Assembly: GCA_037379345.1 (NCBI GenBank)
Contig: CM074513.1
Coordinates: 51,625,195-51,689,194, forward strand
Source: Perna viridis
Taxonomy: Eukaryota
Reading direction: 5' to 3'
Length of the DNA stretch: 64,000 nt
Of this stretch, positions 1-14,091 are shown piece by piece; position 1 is the first letter of the stretch; every line of letters begins with the position of its first letter. Both the position numbers and the translations under genes were made by a program. Below the pieces are notes generated by a model. It did not search any database. It was not told where the DNA came from and saw only the letters and a program-made list of their open reading frames with translations.

Positions 1-2329
1 CTGCATGAAATGCGAAAACAGCTCTGCCGATTGGTACTCAGCACCCCTTTTTATTTTTGATGATTTCCTTCCCTGCTTAACAACAAAAAGCTTATTATGC
101 GTCTAACATTTGTATACAACTTGAGTATTGAAGGTAATTGACTGGTCTTATCGAGTAAATGCATGGAAATGAATAGGTACTGATAAGAGGTTAGAGGTCA
201 ACTATTTTCAATTGGATCGCCTTGTTAATTCAAACCAAATTAATCAGCATATTTGGTTTGGAGTTAAAGTTTTGTATTGTTTTTGTTTGTAAATAACATG
301 ATATTGATCCTGATATTTTACAAATAACGGTTAAGGGTATGTTTGAACCTTAATGGTGTATGTCAATGGAATTATTTTCTTGCCGTGGTGTAAGAAATAG
401 TTGGTGATGCTAACAGGCTTTACAAATATATAGGCTCTGGAGACTGCTATATCTATTCTGATCTTCGATCTAAACACAAGATCTAGTTTCTGAACTGGTT
501 ATAACCTTTGAATGAACAGACTTGTACCTGGCAAAGAAAATGCAGAAATACCGGTAATTAGAATAATGACTAAGACAAGAATGGCCCTAATTGAAGTGTT
601 TGAAAGAGTAATCAAGGGAACAAGGTTATAGTGGTAATCAAAAGAATTTAATCCAGGGACAAAGACCAGACATGGAAAACAGACATAAAGAACAAAGAAC
701 ATAAAGTAACTAAAATCATACAAAACTTGTTTACAAAAAGTCATTTTCAGCTCATAATTTTATGCTCACCAAATCTGTACTTTGGCATAAAAAATGAAGT
801 TTTTATAAAAACATTTTTCAAATTTTTATCTCAAAATTGAATGCGTCCATCTTCATATATAAACCTATAAACAGCATTTCAAATCTCAGTTTGGTGTTGT
901 TTATGAGATTTTTTACTCATAAATTCAGATAACAAAAATACATAACAATTAAATAAAACAGTTAAATAACTTATATTGTTATCCACGTTAGGAAAGGAAC
1001 TCCAAACATACTTAAATAACAAGGCTTATACATGTATGGACCTGCACGGCAGTAATATATTTGTCAGCACATAAGTGTCTTCAATATGTACATTAACTCT
1101 AATGTGTGGATTACAAATTTCCTTAAGATAGCATACATGTACATGTGTATTCTGTACAGGTGAAAAAAAATGGGCAAGTTCGACATGCTAAAAACACAGA
1201 ATTTTTTAAATTAATTTTTTCCACAATACAAAGTGCACATCTTCAATATGTATAGAAACTAAAACACTGTCCAAAGTTTGAATAATATTGGTTAAATACT
1301 TTCTGAGTTACAGATTACACAATGTAGATAACCCCTAAGCACCACTAGACTGCTTTCAAAAATATATCTGGTTCTTCAGAGATGCAAGTCTGTGTGATAG
1401 GTATTGCAATTATTTCCTCTCAAACTAATGTATTCATCAAATAATTGAAGAATGACTAACAATCCCTATGAATTCTTGAATAAAAAGGCGAAATCAATTC
1501 AAAGAGTAGGTGCTTTACACAGAAGTATTGACAATTTTGCCATCACTTTGTTCCTAAAAGAGATCCAGGCAATTAGACGGTAAAATAGCAATAAATTTTG
1601 AAAGTATTCAGAAGGGATTTTGTGGTATACATATTACGAAATATTTTTCTTTATCGTTATATTTTTGCATTATTTTATATGATCTATTCAATTTAGGACC
1701 TTGAAAATGTGCTGTATCAAATAAAAAATTAATACAGATATTGTGCAAATTTCTGAAATTATACAATATCATTGAGGCAAAATTACGTCTGAATCACCCA
1801 CCAAAAGTTATAGGCAGAGTTTGAAATGACCACAGAGGTCTTACTCTGAATAGTCTGGGCAAGTATAGACACTATTAAAGCTCAATACAGTACTTTATTT
1901 TGATTGCAATAAAAAGTTGACACAGGACAAAGATTTTACATGAATCAAAGTGGTCACTTTTTAAATCTTTTTTAATAAATTGTTCCAGTCAAAACCACAA
2001 AAATCAGTCCCACCCTTCCTTTGGTTGTATGGCACCTTGTGAAACAATTTCAAAGAAAAGTTATCGTCCAGACATTATTCTAGCCAGCTTTTGGCCACAT
2101 ATTCCTTAATGATTCAAATTACAATTTCCAAAATAAATCCCAACTTTCCTGTTGTAATGTGGAACCTTGTGGAACAATTTCAAAGAGATCCATTTGCTCA
2201 AAGTCAAGTGAATCTTCAGACATAATAACAACACATATATACTTATACCAACACCCACAACCTCCCAATTTTGATGAACCATCATACCATTATATGGCTG
2301 CATTATTTACCTACCTACATGCCCAATCA

Positions 2330-2332
<3 letters not shown>

Positions 2333-2376
<44 letters not shown>
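2333..2376. repeat. (TC)22 microsatellite
   Basis: Direct reading. Confidence 0.97.
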
Positions 2377-2378
<2 letters not shown>

Positions 2379-5300
2379 AATTGACATTACATGTATGTTT
2401 TGGTCATTCCCTGTATGTTGTAATTTTTTATTGCCCATTTTAATGAGTTAAATTAAACAAGGGGTTTAATTGAATGGTTCTTTAGTTGTCATCAGGAAAT
2501 GTGATGTTCAAATTGATAGACAAATATCCATAAACATTAACATATATTATACAACCTAGGTTGAGCAGAGATACAAATAACGGTATTACTAATAATATTT
2601 TTTTCAGCTGTCAGAGCTGCAACAAAAAAAAGAATGCTAGCTTCTATACTATATTATATACAGTAGTGTAAAATGAGTCTGTCAGTGAAAATGGTCATTT
2701 TTGTCCATTTATGGCCATTTTTTGGTATATATGGGGTTCAACAGGAGCAAAACAGGAACCAAAGCACAGTCATCCCACAGCATGTACACTGTGAAGGCCA
2801 CTGAAGCCAAATAAGGTTCATTTCAGTCACAAGTGGGAGGTCAGGAGTCCCCTGAAGTGTCACTTGGATTTTTTTCCCAATTTTTGGCCTTAGTTTGGCC
2901 TAAAACCAGAAGTAGTCAATACAAGGGGTCAACACAGAAATAGTGGTAAAAGACATCATTCTTAATTAGTTTCCAGGCAAATTAAAGCACTATAGATTAA
3001 TTCTGGTCTGGCGAAGGGCCGAGAAATGAACCCTACTCCCTAAAAAATCTCACTTTTTTGGACAGTGGAAACTCATGACTCCTTTTTTCAGATTCCCAGT
3101 CATTATTTTTTAACTATATCTGTATCAGATAGCCTCATTTTAAAGCACAGTCACTGCTGCTTGCACATGGAAACAAACTGAGCTTTCCTTAACTAAGGTT
3201 AACATTGCCAGAACTGATAGAGCAGAAACAGGGCCAATCTCGGATAAATCCAAGAGCAGCATGAATAGGTTTAAACACAGTATTTTACCGGTTATAGTCA
3301 TAGAGGCTTGTTCAAAGTGGAGCAAAGTGCGATCTTTTTGCCAAGGAGTTTAGAATTTTTTATCTTACATTTATGGCAACCATATCATTGTCTAACTCTC
3401 ATTGAAGTCTTTGTCGGAATTACTTTGTTTACCAAGAACCATAGCTCATTTGCCTCTGCCTTCTTCCTCTTAGACACATGATTAAGAAGTGAAACATACA
3501 ACCAGTAATTATTTAGTAAAACAATGCTTTATATGGTAGCAGACCTCAACAAAAACAGCCATGATACATTACTATTATTAAACCAGGAAGTAGATCCTTT
3601 ATGAGAGATTGCTACCTGACAGTGTGATACCAGGGCATTAATATCCCTGTAGTAGATCACCAAGTTAAGATAAAATTACACAACATCGATTTTTAGTTTC
3701 TGAAAGTTGCTTGGGTGCAGCTGAGGTTAAATTAAGTCCTGGACCTTGACCACCACCAATTAGGTTCAATGAACACTGTACATTCTCTGATTTAATGTAC
3801 CCTTGTGTCTACTAAAAGATAATGGGGTATAACTTAAAAAAAATATATGTCAAATCTACCTGAATCATCTTTTGATTTCTGTATACTGGTCAGAGAGTAG
3901 ATATAGCCATTTTTGAGACAGAAGCATGTCTCGCCAATCTGCTCACCAACATTTAAAAATGTTGTATGGTAGCAAAAATATCAGCAATCTGTTAGATGTT
4001 TGGGCATGAATTTGTTTCACAGGAAAGGAAAAAAAATGGGTTGGCAAGAACTATTCCTTGACCAGTAGAATAAATATGAAATTCTAAATGCATAACCACC
4101 TTTATTTCTCCCCAAGATATTAAGTGGCATTCTAATTCATTGATTTTTGACCCATTTATTGCAACTAAAACTAGTTTCAGTATTAATTTTGAACTTTTCT
4201 CATAACGAGCTATAGTTTTATTATGAAAAGTTGAAATGTGTCAGCACCTTTTTCAATGATTGCAGAGCCTAATCAAAATATTGATGACAAGGAGAAATTT
4301 CAGTAAATTCTGTTTAAAAAATAACAACATGGAACAATTTTTGTCTACAAAATTTACGTAGTCAGAGATCTATAATTCAAAAGGTAAGAAACTTGTAAAT
4401 TAGTCAGTTTATCGATATAATTATCATGCAGCAGAGAATGAGATTCCCTGACCTTTCCACTTATTTATTTAACTACATTTTCCCCTTTTGATGAAATGAT
4501 GTGAAATAAATTGTAGCAGATGCCCAGATGATGTAAAAATGGGAAACCTGAAGACTTCAATTATCTTTAAAAAACAAAAAAGTTGTTATAGGTTAATGTC
4601 AAAATAATGAATTCAATTTTGAATTATTTTCATCTATGTGAAAATCAAGAGGTACATGTAGCAGATATCAACAGGACCCTCCAAATGTTTTGAAGCAAGA
4701 CCTGTGATAGAAGTTGCTTTGTTTAAGCTAATTGAGTTTAAATCATGTCTTAAGAATATATAAATTAATAAATATATATATATATATATAAACATGAAAT
4801 AAGTAAAAAATGGTTGTTAAGAGCGTCGCTAAGAAGACATGTTCCTAACAACAACAAAAAAAGTATGGAACACTGTTTAAAAAAAAAAAAACAGTCTTTT
4901 ATTATGAATTTTGTACATCTCTCACTAGTCATTGTAAAGTCTTTATAGTTTCACTTTTATTGTTTTTCCTTAATAAATTAGAGTGAAAATAATTATTTTT
5001 TGTCCCTCTGGTTGATTCATTGCCTGGAATTATCTATTATATAATTTTATTTCAATTACTTCATGTCCAATGTGTTTCCATAAATGGAGGGTTCTATGTA
5101 GCATTTTCAAGCTTACGGATAAAATAGATATAAAGTACGTTGTTATATATGGCACCAACATTTTTAATACCGAGTGATATGTAATACATTTATTATTTAT
5201 TCTTTAATGAGCATTTATAAGTCCACTAAATCATTGAAAATAATATGTTCATACTACATTTAGTTTGCATGCGCTCAGACTTATTTATGATATTGTTTTT

Positions 5301-5574
5301 TAGAGTAGCAATTTTTGTCCAAAAATGAAAAGATTTTTTTGATTAATTTAAGAACATATACAAACACAAATAAATTATTTATTTGAATGTCAATAATGGT
5401 GTCAATTTTGCACATTTCAAATGACAAATATTTATAAAATAGACATATTGAGAAATAAAAAATACATAAATAAAATGTAGCATTATTAAAACTTTTGAAT
5501 GCCTGATAATAATTATTCTGTTCAGTGTTGGAACAACTGGAAAATTAAGTAATAAGAATATTTTTCATTACAGT

Positions 5575-8500
5575 TAACACGAAGAAATGCATAGTGTGCT
5601 TAAAATATGATAAAGCTTCATCCCTTATCAAACTATGACACAAAGGCTGTCTTGGAATCAGCAGAGCAAGCCAGGAGAGAGGAGACTATCTGCAAGCTTC
5701 AGATGGTACTGTGAAAGTACTATTGGTCGTGGGGTACTAATTTTCGTAGTTTTCATGGGTAGGCCAAACCAGGAAATTTGGTTCCAAATGAAAAGGAGAT
5801 GTCCATTGATGCGTATACTGAAAACCACAAAACCATGAATTTAAGAATCCATGAACTTGTGTTTCTTCCCTTATCCACAAAAATTGATATCCACTAATTA
5901 AAGAACTTGCACAGTAATTTTGTTCACCAACTGTGCAGGAAAACATATACCAATCCAAATGATATAAAGAAATATAAGAAATATAAGAGAAAAAAATTAT
6001 TTGTCAAGAAATTAACACAAACATTGAAAGATCAATATCTCAGACACATTTTAATATTAGATGTCATTGTTTATTTTGTAGAAATGAAGCTATCAACTCA
6101 AATAAAAAAGATGAAAAACATATTTCCTGTCTGAACTGATGATTTTGAGAGTCAAATACTTGATGCTTGTGATCTTCGAAATGTTGATTGAGCAGCTGAG
6201 GTTCGCAGAAGACTCCAGAGCATGAGTGATCTGCATGCAGCAGATGCCATCTACCATTCAGGCATGCAGTGTAAACTTCCACAAGTGCAAAAGTACTCCA
6301 ATTTCACCAGACTCAAAACCCACAAGTAAAAGAGGATGTCCAGCTATGCAAGACAGTTTCTACAAAACAGTAGATTATCTGAAAAACCATGATGATAAAC
6401 AAGTTTCTGTTTCAGATCTTGTTGAAAAAATGGATGAAAAGTGTTAAGGAATGTTTTTAGTCAAGTGTACATGAAGAAAAGACTGAAGCAACATTTTGGA
6501 GACAAAATCCATAATACCAATATATCCAGTAAAAGAAGCATTGTAACTCTACAAAACACAGTAAATAGTATTCTTCAGACTACTGCCACAGGCCAAGTAA
6601 TCTCAACCCAGAAGATGAAAAGAGAGCTTTGATCAAAGCAGCTGCAAAACTTATATAAAGCGACAGTCAATCTGTAGATCTCATGAAGTGCAATTATTCA
6701 ACCCCAACCGATATTGCTTCAGTAGATTCCAATCTATCATACTTACCTGAAAGTCTTCATTTATTCCTCTCCGCCATGTTTTCTGAAGGGATTTGTGAAA
6801 ATTGCATCCATGGGACAAGCAGTAATGGAAGCTTCACAACCTTAAGCACTTATTACAACATTTCAACAAGGCCTAGGAGTACAAGTACACTGCAACTTTC
6901 CTTTTCGGTTTATGGTGTCTGAACTGAACAGCTATATATAACTTATTCTGATAAAACCTATGTAGTACAAAGGTATGCAGAAAAACATATTATTACAAAT
7001 GGCATTGAGTTGTACAGTTGCGTAGGGTAATACAATCATAGTTTTTTAGGTTTTTGTTCCTCATATTATGAAGTTTGAATCAAGTGCTGCTGCTGTACAA
7101 GGAGTTGACCTACCAGGCGATGTAAGCAATAGTTTTTGTACAATTTGTAGCAGATAATGTTAATCACAACACCAGAACAATAGATGGTCTCGACACTTTT
7201 CATGGCATGGGTATAATAGCTGGAAAAGGGCCTGGTACAAAGAAAACACAGTCTAGTTCAATAATTACTGCTTCTACAGAAGAAATCAAGGCATTAGCAA
7301 AGAAAGATATCAAATATTATAAACCACTAACCGATCTTATGAGTGAATTGACTTATGCTGAGTTGCAGAACCTGAAGGCACTGGACAGTACACTCCGTGT
7401 TGATCTGCTGGCGCTTACTGCCTGGCCTCTTAAGTATCCAACACCAATAAGGTCAGGTTTCACGCAGATGGTCCAGAGAGGTAACTATCCAGGTATATGA
7501 TCAGTTTCATTTCTGCCTATGATAGATTAAAATGCATCAGACATGATCTGTATATACTTTACTTTCAACTTTGTTTCAAATCAAGCAAAACGTTATGACA
7601 TAACATCTATCCTGACTTTTGATCAACCTATTTGTATGAAAGCGTTCTCCATCATAAAAAACGAAACTCCAGGAAGTCAGCTTAAGTCTGTAGTATTACA
7701 ACTGGGACCGTTCCACACTGAGACGAGTTTTTTTCGGGTCTATTGGAAATCTAATGAGTAATACTGGTTTGAAAGAGATGATGGAACTCATTTGCACTCC
7801 AAATGCCGTTACTCATACAGGTATCTATAGTGGTATAGCTGTAGCTAGAGCCATAAGAAACCATTTGCTGATGTACACAGCACTGCATTGTGTGCTGATA
7901 TCAGTCATTTAATTCTGACACATCTTAACAGGTGAAACTGTTAGAGGAACCCCAATCGACCATGTCTTTAACTGAGCTGAGAGAGGTTGGTTAACTATAC
8001 TTGCAACTAGCTTGAGGAGAGCTGTCTGTCTCAGAATTGTGTGAATCAGATGTATTGAAAACCCTTGAAGCAACTATCTGGAGGAAAGCTGAAATGTTGA
8101 AAGAGAGTTGTACGGCAAAGCTGTGGCTTCATTATTATAAAATGGTTCACACAAATGGTTCAGATCATAGGCCAACTTATCAAAGCAGAGAGAACCAGTA
8201 ACTGGCCTCTTCATTTACAACGTATGCAATTGATGTTACCCTTTTTGCTGCATCTGGACATAATCTTTACACAAAAACAGCTTATGCTTACTTGATGACA
8301 ATGCAAACTTAAGAGAAAGATCACCCAGATGTATATGCAAGTTTCATTGATGGCAATCACGTCATAAGACGCAGCACTAGATAGTGGGCATGTATATCAA
8401 CAGATTTATTCATTGAACAAGTGTAAATGAGGAGCAGGTGAATTGATGAGAGGGCATGGTTTGAATGAAGAACAATGGTCTCTTTGATCTATGTCCATGC

Positions 8501-10160
8501 CAGCATGTGCCAAAATCAATCAAGCAATGCAAGATTTTACCAGGGTAGGATATTTCTCTAGTGAACAGCACAAAGACGAAACACATATAAACTCTTCTCA
8601 TCTTCTTGAAAAATCAGAATCCATTCATAGAGGTAGATACTTTACTACGAAATATTGAGACAAGAGTAGTAGATGATAAAACTGTGAATATGGATGAAGC
8701 CAAAAAGATTTTGAGTGGCATTGTACAAGAATTTGAAGAAAAGAAAATAGCTGATCACTCGATTAAAATAAAGAAGCAAGCCATTAGACTTGGAAACCAG
8801 GTTCAAACAAAACTTGATGGCAAACCTTTACAAAAAGATTCTCGGCTCCTTTTTCATAGATGCACTACTGCTAAGAATGGTATATTTGACGATATTTCAG
8901 ATATATTTCATTATGAATTATGTGGTGTTCCTTTATCACTGTTTGAAACAACAGCATTTCCAAGAGAGGTCCAAAAATCAACATTGGAATTTGAACAAGC
9001 TGAAACCAGATGCACCAATGAAACCTACTACTAAAGGGGCAACAGTTGATACCATATGTATAACTTACGTTAATTATATGAGCAATCACTATTAAGATGC
9101 AACTGTTGTGTTTAATGGTTATCCGTTACATCCAACCACAAAAAAATGTAGCTCATATCAGATGTACAAAAGGAATCTTATCACCAAAAGTCAATTTCAA
9201 CAACGATATACCCATTAAAACAAAAAAGAGGAATTCCTTTCTAATCCAGGAAATAAACAACTCTTTATTAACACTCTTGGAGAAAAACCTAAGAACAATA
9301 ATGTTGAGGTTATATATGCAGGTTATGATGCTGATCTCAATACTGTTTTTACTGCAATAAACAACTACTGTCATTGGAGAAGATACTGACTTGAAAGTAT
9401 TGCTCCGTCATCAATTTCAAGAAACTTACATTTACTTTAAATCCGTACCAACGCAACACACTTCAAAAATTAAGATCCGAGACATTGCCGAGAAAAATTG
9501 GGAAAGATTGGACCAACCGTTAGCAATATTTTTCCACTCATTCATGCTTTTAGTAGATGAGATACAACATCTAAGATTTTCGTTCAAGGCAAAGGTACAG
9601 TTCTCAAGAAAGTTAGTGCAAATACTCAACTCCAAAATCCTGCAGCTGTATTTTGCCACGATTCTAATAATGAACATATATACAAAGCGGACAAACAAAT
9701 CCTCGTTACATTATATGGAGGTATACAAGAAGTCAAAACATCAGACATGCTGCGTTACAAAATCTTCCCCCCAAAGATTTGCGAAATATATTTGTTCAAG
9801 TACATACATTACCACCTTCATCAGCCACAGCTAAGTTACACAACATGTAACACACTAAACCCAAATATGGATTGGGAAAAGTGATGAAATAGAACCTAAG
9901 GTATAAGGGTGGCATGTTGAGGACAATAAATTACTTCAAATAAGAACAACATTACCACCAGCTCTGGAAAAGCTTCTGAAGATCATCAAGTGCAATTGCA
10001 AAATGAATTGTGACACAAAGAGATGATCCTGTTGCAAACACGGAATAGAGTGTTCTCAAGCATGTAGTGAAAGTCAGGAAATTAATTGTTTAAACACAAG
10101 TAACATTTTACAAGAAGACAAACTTGAGGACATGTGTGGGAACATTGCATATGATAAACT
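5575..10160 (+). mobile_element. Decayed Academ (AcademX-type) DNA transposon coding region: transposase + XPG/FEN-like nuclease + C-terminal Cys-rich finger
   Basis: Ordered fragments broken by stops and frameshifts: QFVADNVNHNTRTIDGLDTFHGMGII (7141), LTFDQP (~7612), LGPFH (~7702), SGHNLY (~8253), DLFIEQ (~8403), VIGEDTDLKVLL (~9370), IHAFSR*DTTS (~9540), CNCKMNCDTKR*SCCKHGIECSQAC (9991). Family assigned from recalled domain architecture. Confidence 0.75.
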
Positions 10161-13100
10161 TTGTATTCGGATGCTTTTCTTCAAAATGGTCATTGAATTT
10201 TTTATTAATAAATTTTTTTGAAAGATAAAAATGATTTTAAAATATTTTAAAATAGTTGAAATTTGAAACAAAAAAGAAGACTTTCACAAATCATTTTTTT
10301 TATTTTTCACATTAATCTTAGTGACATATGCATTTCAATGATTTCTGAACAATATCAAATTTGGTTTATTTCACATTTTTCTTGATGTTCACTACAGTGA
10401 TAATCAAATAATTAGATTCTTAATATGAACGAGCATTTTGAAAAATGTCCGGAATATTTAAGATTCAATATCTACAGTTATAGCGAGGTTTTTAATGAGT
10501 GGTTCTATATTGCAGTCTCTGTAAAGACATTTAAAAGAAAAAATCAAATATTTTTTTTTTGTGGCAAATTTAGTAATTCTTTACTTTAACAAAATAGTAT
10601 TTTTACCAATAAACATAGTGATGGATCCAATTTTGCACAAGAAATATTCCAAGGTGTCTGAACAATAAGAGAATTAGATATAGTGTTTGCGGTCAAAAAC
10701 TACACAATTTAGATTTTTTTAAAAATTGTCACAATTTTCAGCATTTTATTGGTCAAAATCCACGTTTTTCCATAAAGTTAATATAATTTCCAAACCGTTG
10801 ATTTCAATTCTTTTGCAATTTGTTTAGATTTCAGCCAAATTAAGCGTAGACAGACTAGGCTATTTAGTAGAAAGAAAAATGTGGTATGAACACAAAGCTA
10901 AAATATTGTAGAATGGGAAACTGAAGGTTTAATTTCAATATTCGCAATACCTTTTTTTTATTTATTATCATGTGTGATCATTTCTCCATCCTGATTAGGC
11001 ACTGCCACTGGATTGAATCATTGTGCCCTAATTTCCATGCTGAACACCAAGGTGTCAGGTTAATCTACCCCAACTGGACAGAAAATGTAACAGGTAATTT
11101 CAACACTGAGTGTCAGATAATATGCATGTCACAATGTGAAGGAGACACACTTACAGTTAAGTATACATATATTTATGAATAATACGGGTGAAAATAGTTT
11201 TACATAAAAACATTGAAAATATGGTATGGGCAGTTTTGACAATAATAGGTTAAGAGTGGGCTTTTAGAGGTGATAAAAGATATCATGGCACGCACCAGAT
11301 CCAGATGGTCCAGGGGAAATTGTTGATGAGGACATTGTTTGTAGAAACAAAGCTGATTTGTTGAAATATTTGAGAAAATATTGTTGACAACTTGACAGGA
11401 ACAAAGACTCTCGCCAAGTCTCGGATTTAACGATACTTCATTCATGTTATTATTATTCAGATAACTATCCTTGATCGTACCCGTAGCATAGGAACATAAA
11501 AATTAATAACTTGCCGATTGGAATGTGTATTAGAATAATAGAAGCACTGGCGGATCAATATCGTTTCAATAATACAATATCATATTTGCATGATCTAATC
11601 AACCAATTTTTTTTATAGTAGACAGGGAGTAAATGTACAAATACAGTGAGTGTGTAATGTTAAGTCCTTGACTATTGTACACTCCCTGTAGTAGAGTACT
11701 ACAAAATAACAATTTTCTTTTTTTAGATTTTAGATTCATATGAAGGCCCTTGCCACCCCTTTAAAGTTCCACCCATGGGATCTATTGTGGGTGACCATAC
11801 GTGTTCGCATTTATATTTTTTGTTTATAACTCTATTCGAAGAAAAAATAAAAATAAAAGGCAAAACCAATATTTTCTTATATTAATAAGAGAGCAACCAT
11901 TTAATTTTATGTGGTGGTCGGTGGGGGGAGGTGGGGCTAAGATCAAGGATTGACCAGACGGAAAAAAATATAAAGGCAGGATCTGTCATTAGCCTAATAT
12001 TTTTTGGTTTATAGAAAATAGACAATATATATTTGCGCAAACACATTTACAGTAAGTGGTTATGGCATGGAAATAAACAAAACAAAAATACAATTATAGA
12101 AACATCTATAAACTTACATTGAATGGTAATGATGGTGGTGTGGCAGTGTTATGTAATTTGATGAGCTGTGAGTTTTTCCTGATGCACAAACATTCGTTCA
12201 AAAATTTTATTGTTAGCTTGATAATATTGATTGAATTTAAAATATTGGATATATGCTTTATAGTAAAGTGTGGTGAATGTTTTGAACTATATATTTCGCT
12301 GCGATGTGTATAGATACGTTAAATTACCCCTCTTTACACTACGCACCCTGAGCGTAGTGTACGTGGGGTTACATTATCGTATCTACGGTGTGTAGTTTGG
12401 ACACATCCAAAATAAATGTAATTCATACCCAATGTTCACACTATTGCAAGATTTACATAAACGTTCGCTTCTTTCAACATTATGGTACCGGTCCTCCTCT
12501 TCTATTTGCTAATTAGTGCGCACTTACACGGAATTTACATATGGTTGATCTCTCGATCCCCTTGGGATTTGCAAATATCAATATATGCAGACCGTTTTGA
12601 ATGTATACAGATTATAACATGTATATAAAATTTATTAAAAAATGAAAGTTTTGTACTTTCAATTAAAGAACTAACAACATTCTGTTTAAATTGATCATTA
12701 ATTCTTTGATTTATCTATGACTGAAAATGACTGAAAAGTTAAGTGTTGAAAATTGCCCATTAGATGCCAAACAATCTACTCCTGATTTTTGTACATGTTG
12801 TAACTTGTGTGACACGAAAATACAAGTTGCAACCCCCGCACCATTATTTCTGTACATGTTTCAACTTGAACAACAATTATTATTGGTTGCAAATTATACA
12901 AACCTCTTTTCTAGACGTTGTTAGTATCAAAATATATCAAGTATGGAATGCAAATGTGTTTAACTTACGAACACAATAAAAAATAAATAGATAAAAAAAT
13001 CATAAGTATTCACAAAATATCAGTAATGGATGTTCTACTTTCTACTACAGGTTGAGGATGCGTGGCATTTGTAATAACAAATGTATACGTATTACCAGGA

Positions 13101-13879
13101 TCATGGTGTGTATTTTACTAGAGACTTGCATATATAGGCGGATCCAGAAGTAGTGTAATGCTCGAAAAGTTTGGTTGATTAGATTAAAAAAAATGAAATC
13201 ACTGGAGCAACCCCTTTAAGACTAGTTGGCACTCCTTTCGGAATTTCTGGTATCGGAGGACACAAACCCTGATATTACTAAGTCGAAAAATATGTTCGTT
13301 TCCTTTCACACCATTGAAAAAATAGCTTAAGTAGGAAGGGATATTTTCATTTCATTATTATTTATACATTGAGTCTAATAAAAAATAATATTCTAACTTC
13401 GACAATTCTTATTGAAATATGACTTCAGGAGTGCATTATTTCTAACTAAAAAAAAAAAATGGGGTGTGTATGGTAATAGGAAACACATATCATTTTTGGC
13501 CCAACAAATCTTTGAATCTCCTGGTTAGTTAGATTAATTAGTGTATAAATGTTATTTTCTCTGTTCGAAAAAAAAAAACCAAACAGACAAATTACAAAAT
13601 CAAAACAACACAACACAACAAAACTTACGACCAACAAACAAACAATCAAAACAAAAACAAGAAAAGGTCAACCGTTTGATATTTATCGGCATTTTTTTAA
13701 AATCCCAAGCGTCAGCAGTGGGATAATTCAACCGAATCGCAAGTATGCTAATGAGTACCCTAATCAATTAAAACATCATTCAAATATGTCAAAATGCAAA
13801 ACACCGGAAAAATACGATCTACATGTACAATGTAACGAACTGAATAAAATAGATTGTACACATAAAAACTGTACACATA

Positions 13880-14080
13880 AAAACAGAAGACGTCACAAAA
13901 GTATAAAGCACTGCAAAAGCTGGGAGTGATAGATCCGGATATTGAAGTGCTCAGTGAGGACATCGCGGCTGCATAGTACTATAATTCAAGTTGCTACTTC
14001 CGGTTGAATTCTGCAATTTCTGTCAGAACAGTAAACTATAGAGAAAGGACGAAGAAAATGTAGTTTTGCATTTGACCATA
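13880..14080 (+). promoter_or_regulatory. Homer proximal promoter / 5' UTR
   Basis: CRE-like AGACGTCA 13888-13895, TATAAAG 13902-13908, ETS site ACTTCCGGT 13996-14004; CpG-rich relative to the gene body. Confidence 0.55.
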
Positions 14081-14091
14081 ATGAGTCTTGG
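14081..14091 (+). CDS. HOMER: Homer coding exon 1 (MSLG, phase 2)
   Basis: ATG AGT CTT GG|gtaagt, a consensus donor. Joined to exon 2 it gives MSLGEQPIF, matching the conserved MGEQPIF start. Sits in a CpG-rich promoter-like region. Confidence 0.85.

Noticed and set aside
2159-2443. ORF with poly-SL tract
   Set aside because: Translation of the (TC)n microsatellite and adjacent repeat
2600-4100. Relatively GC-richer stretch that might be a decayed transposon or exons on minus
   Set aside because: Could not recover a diagnostic motif or a consistent frame by hand
13446-13963. K/N/T-rich ORFs upstream of Homer
   Set aside because: Low-complexity A/C-rich tract; no recognisable protein or splice support
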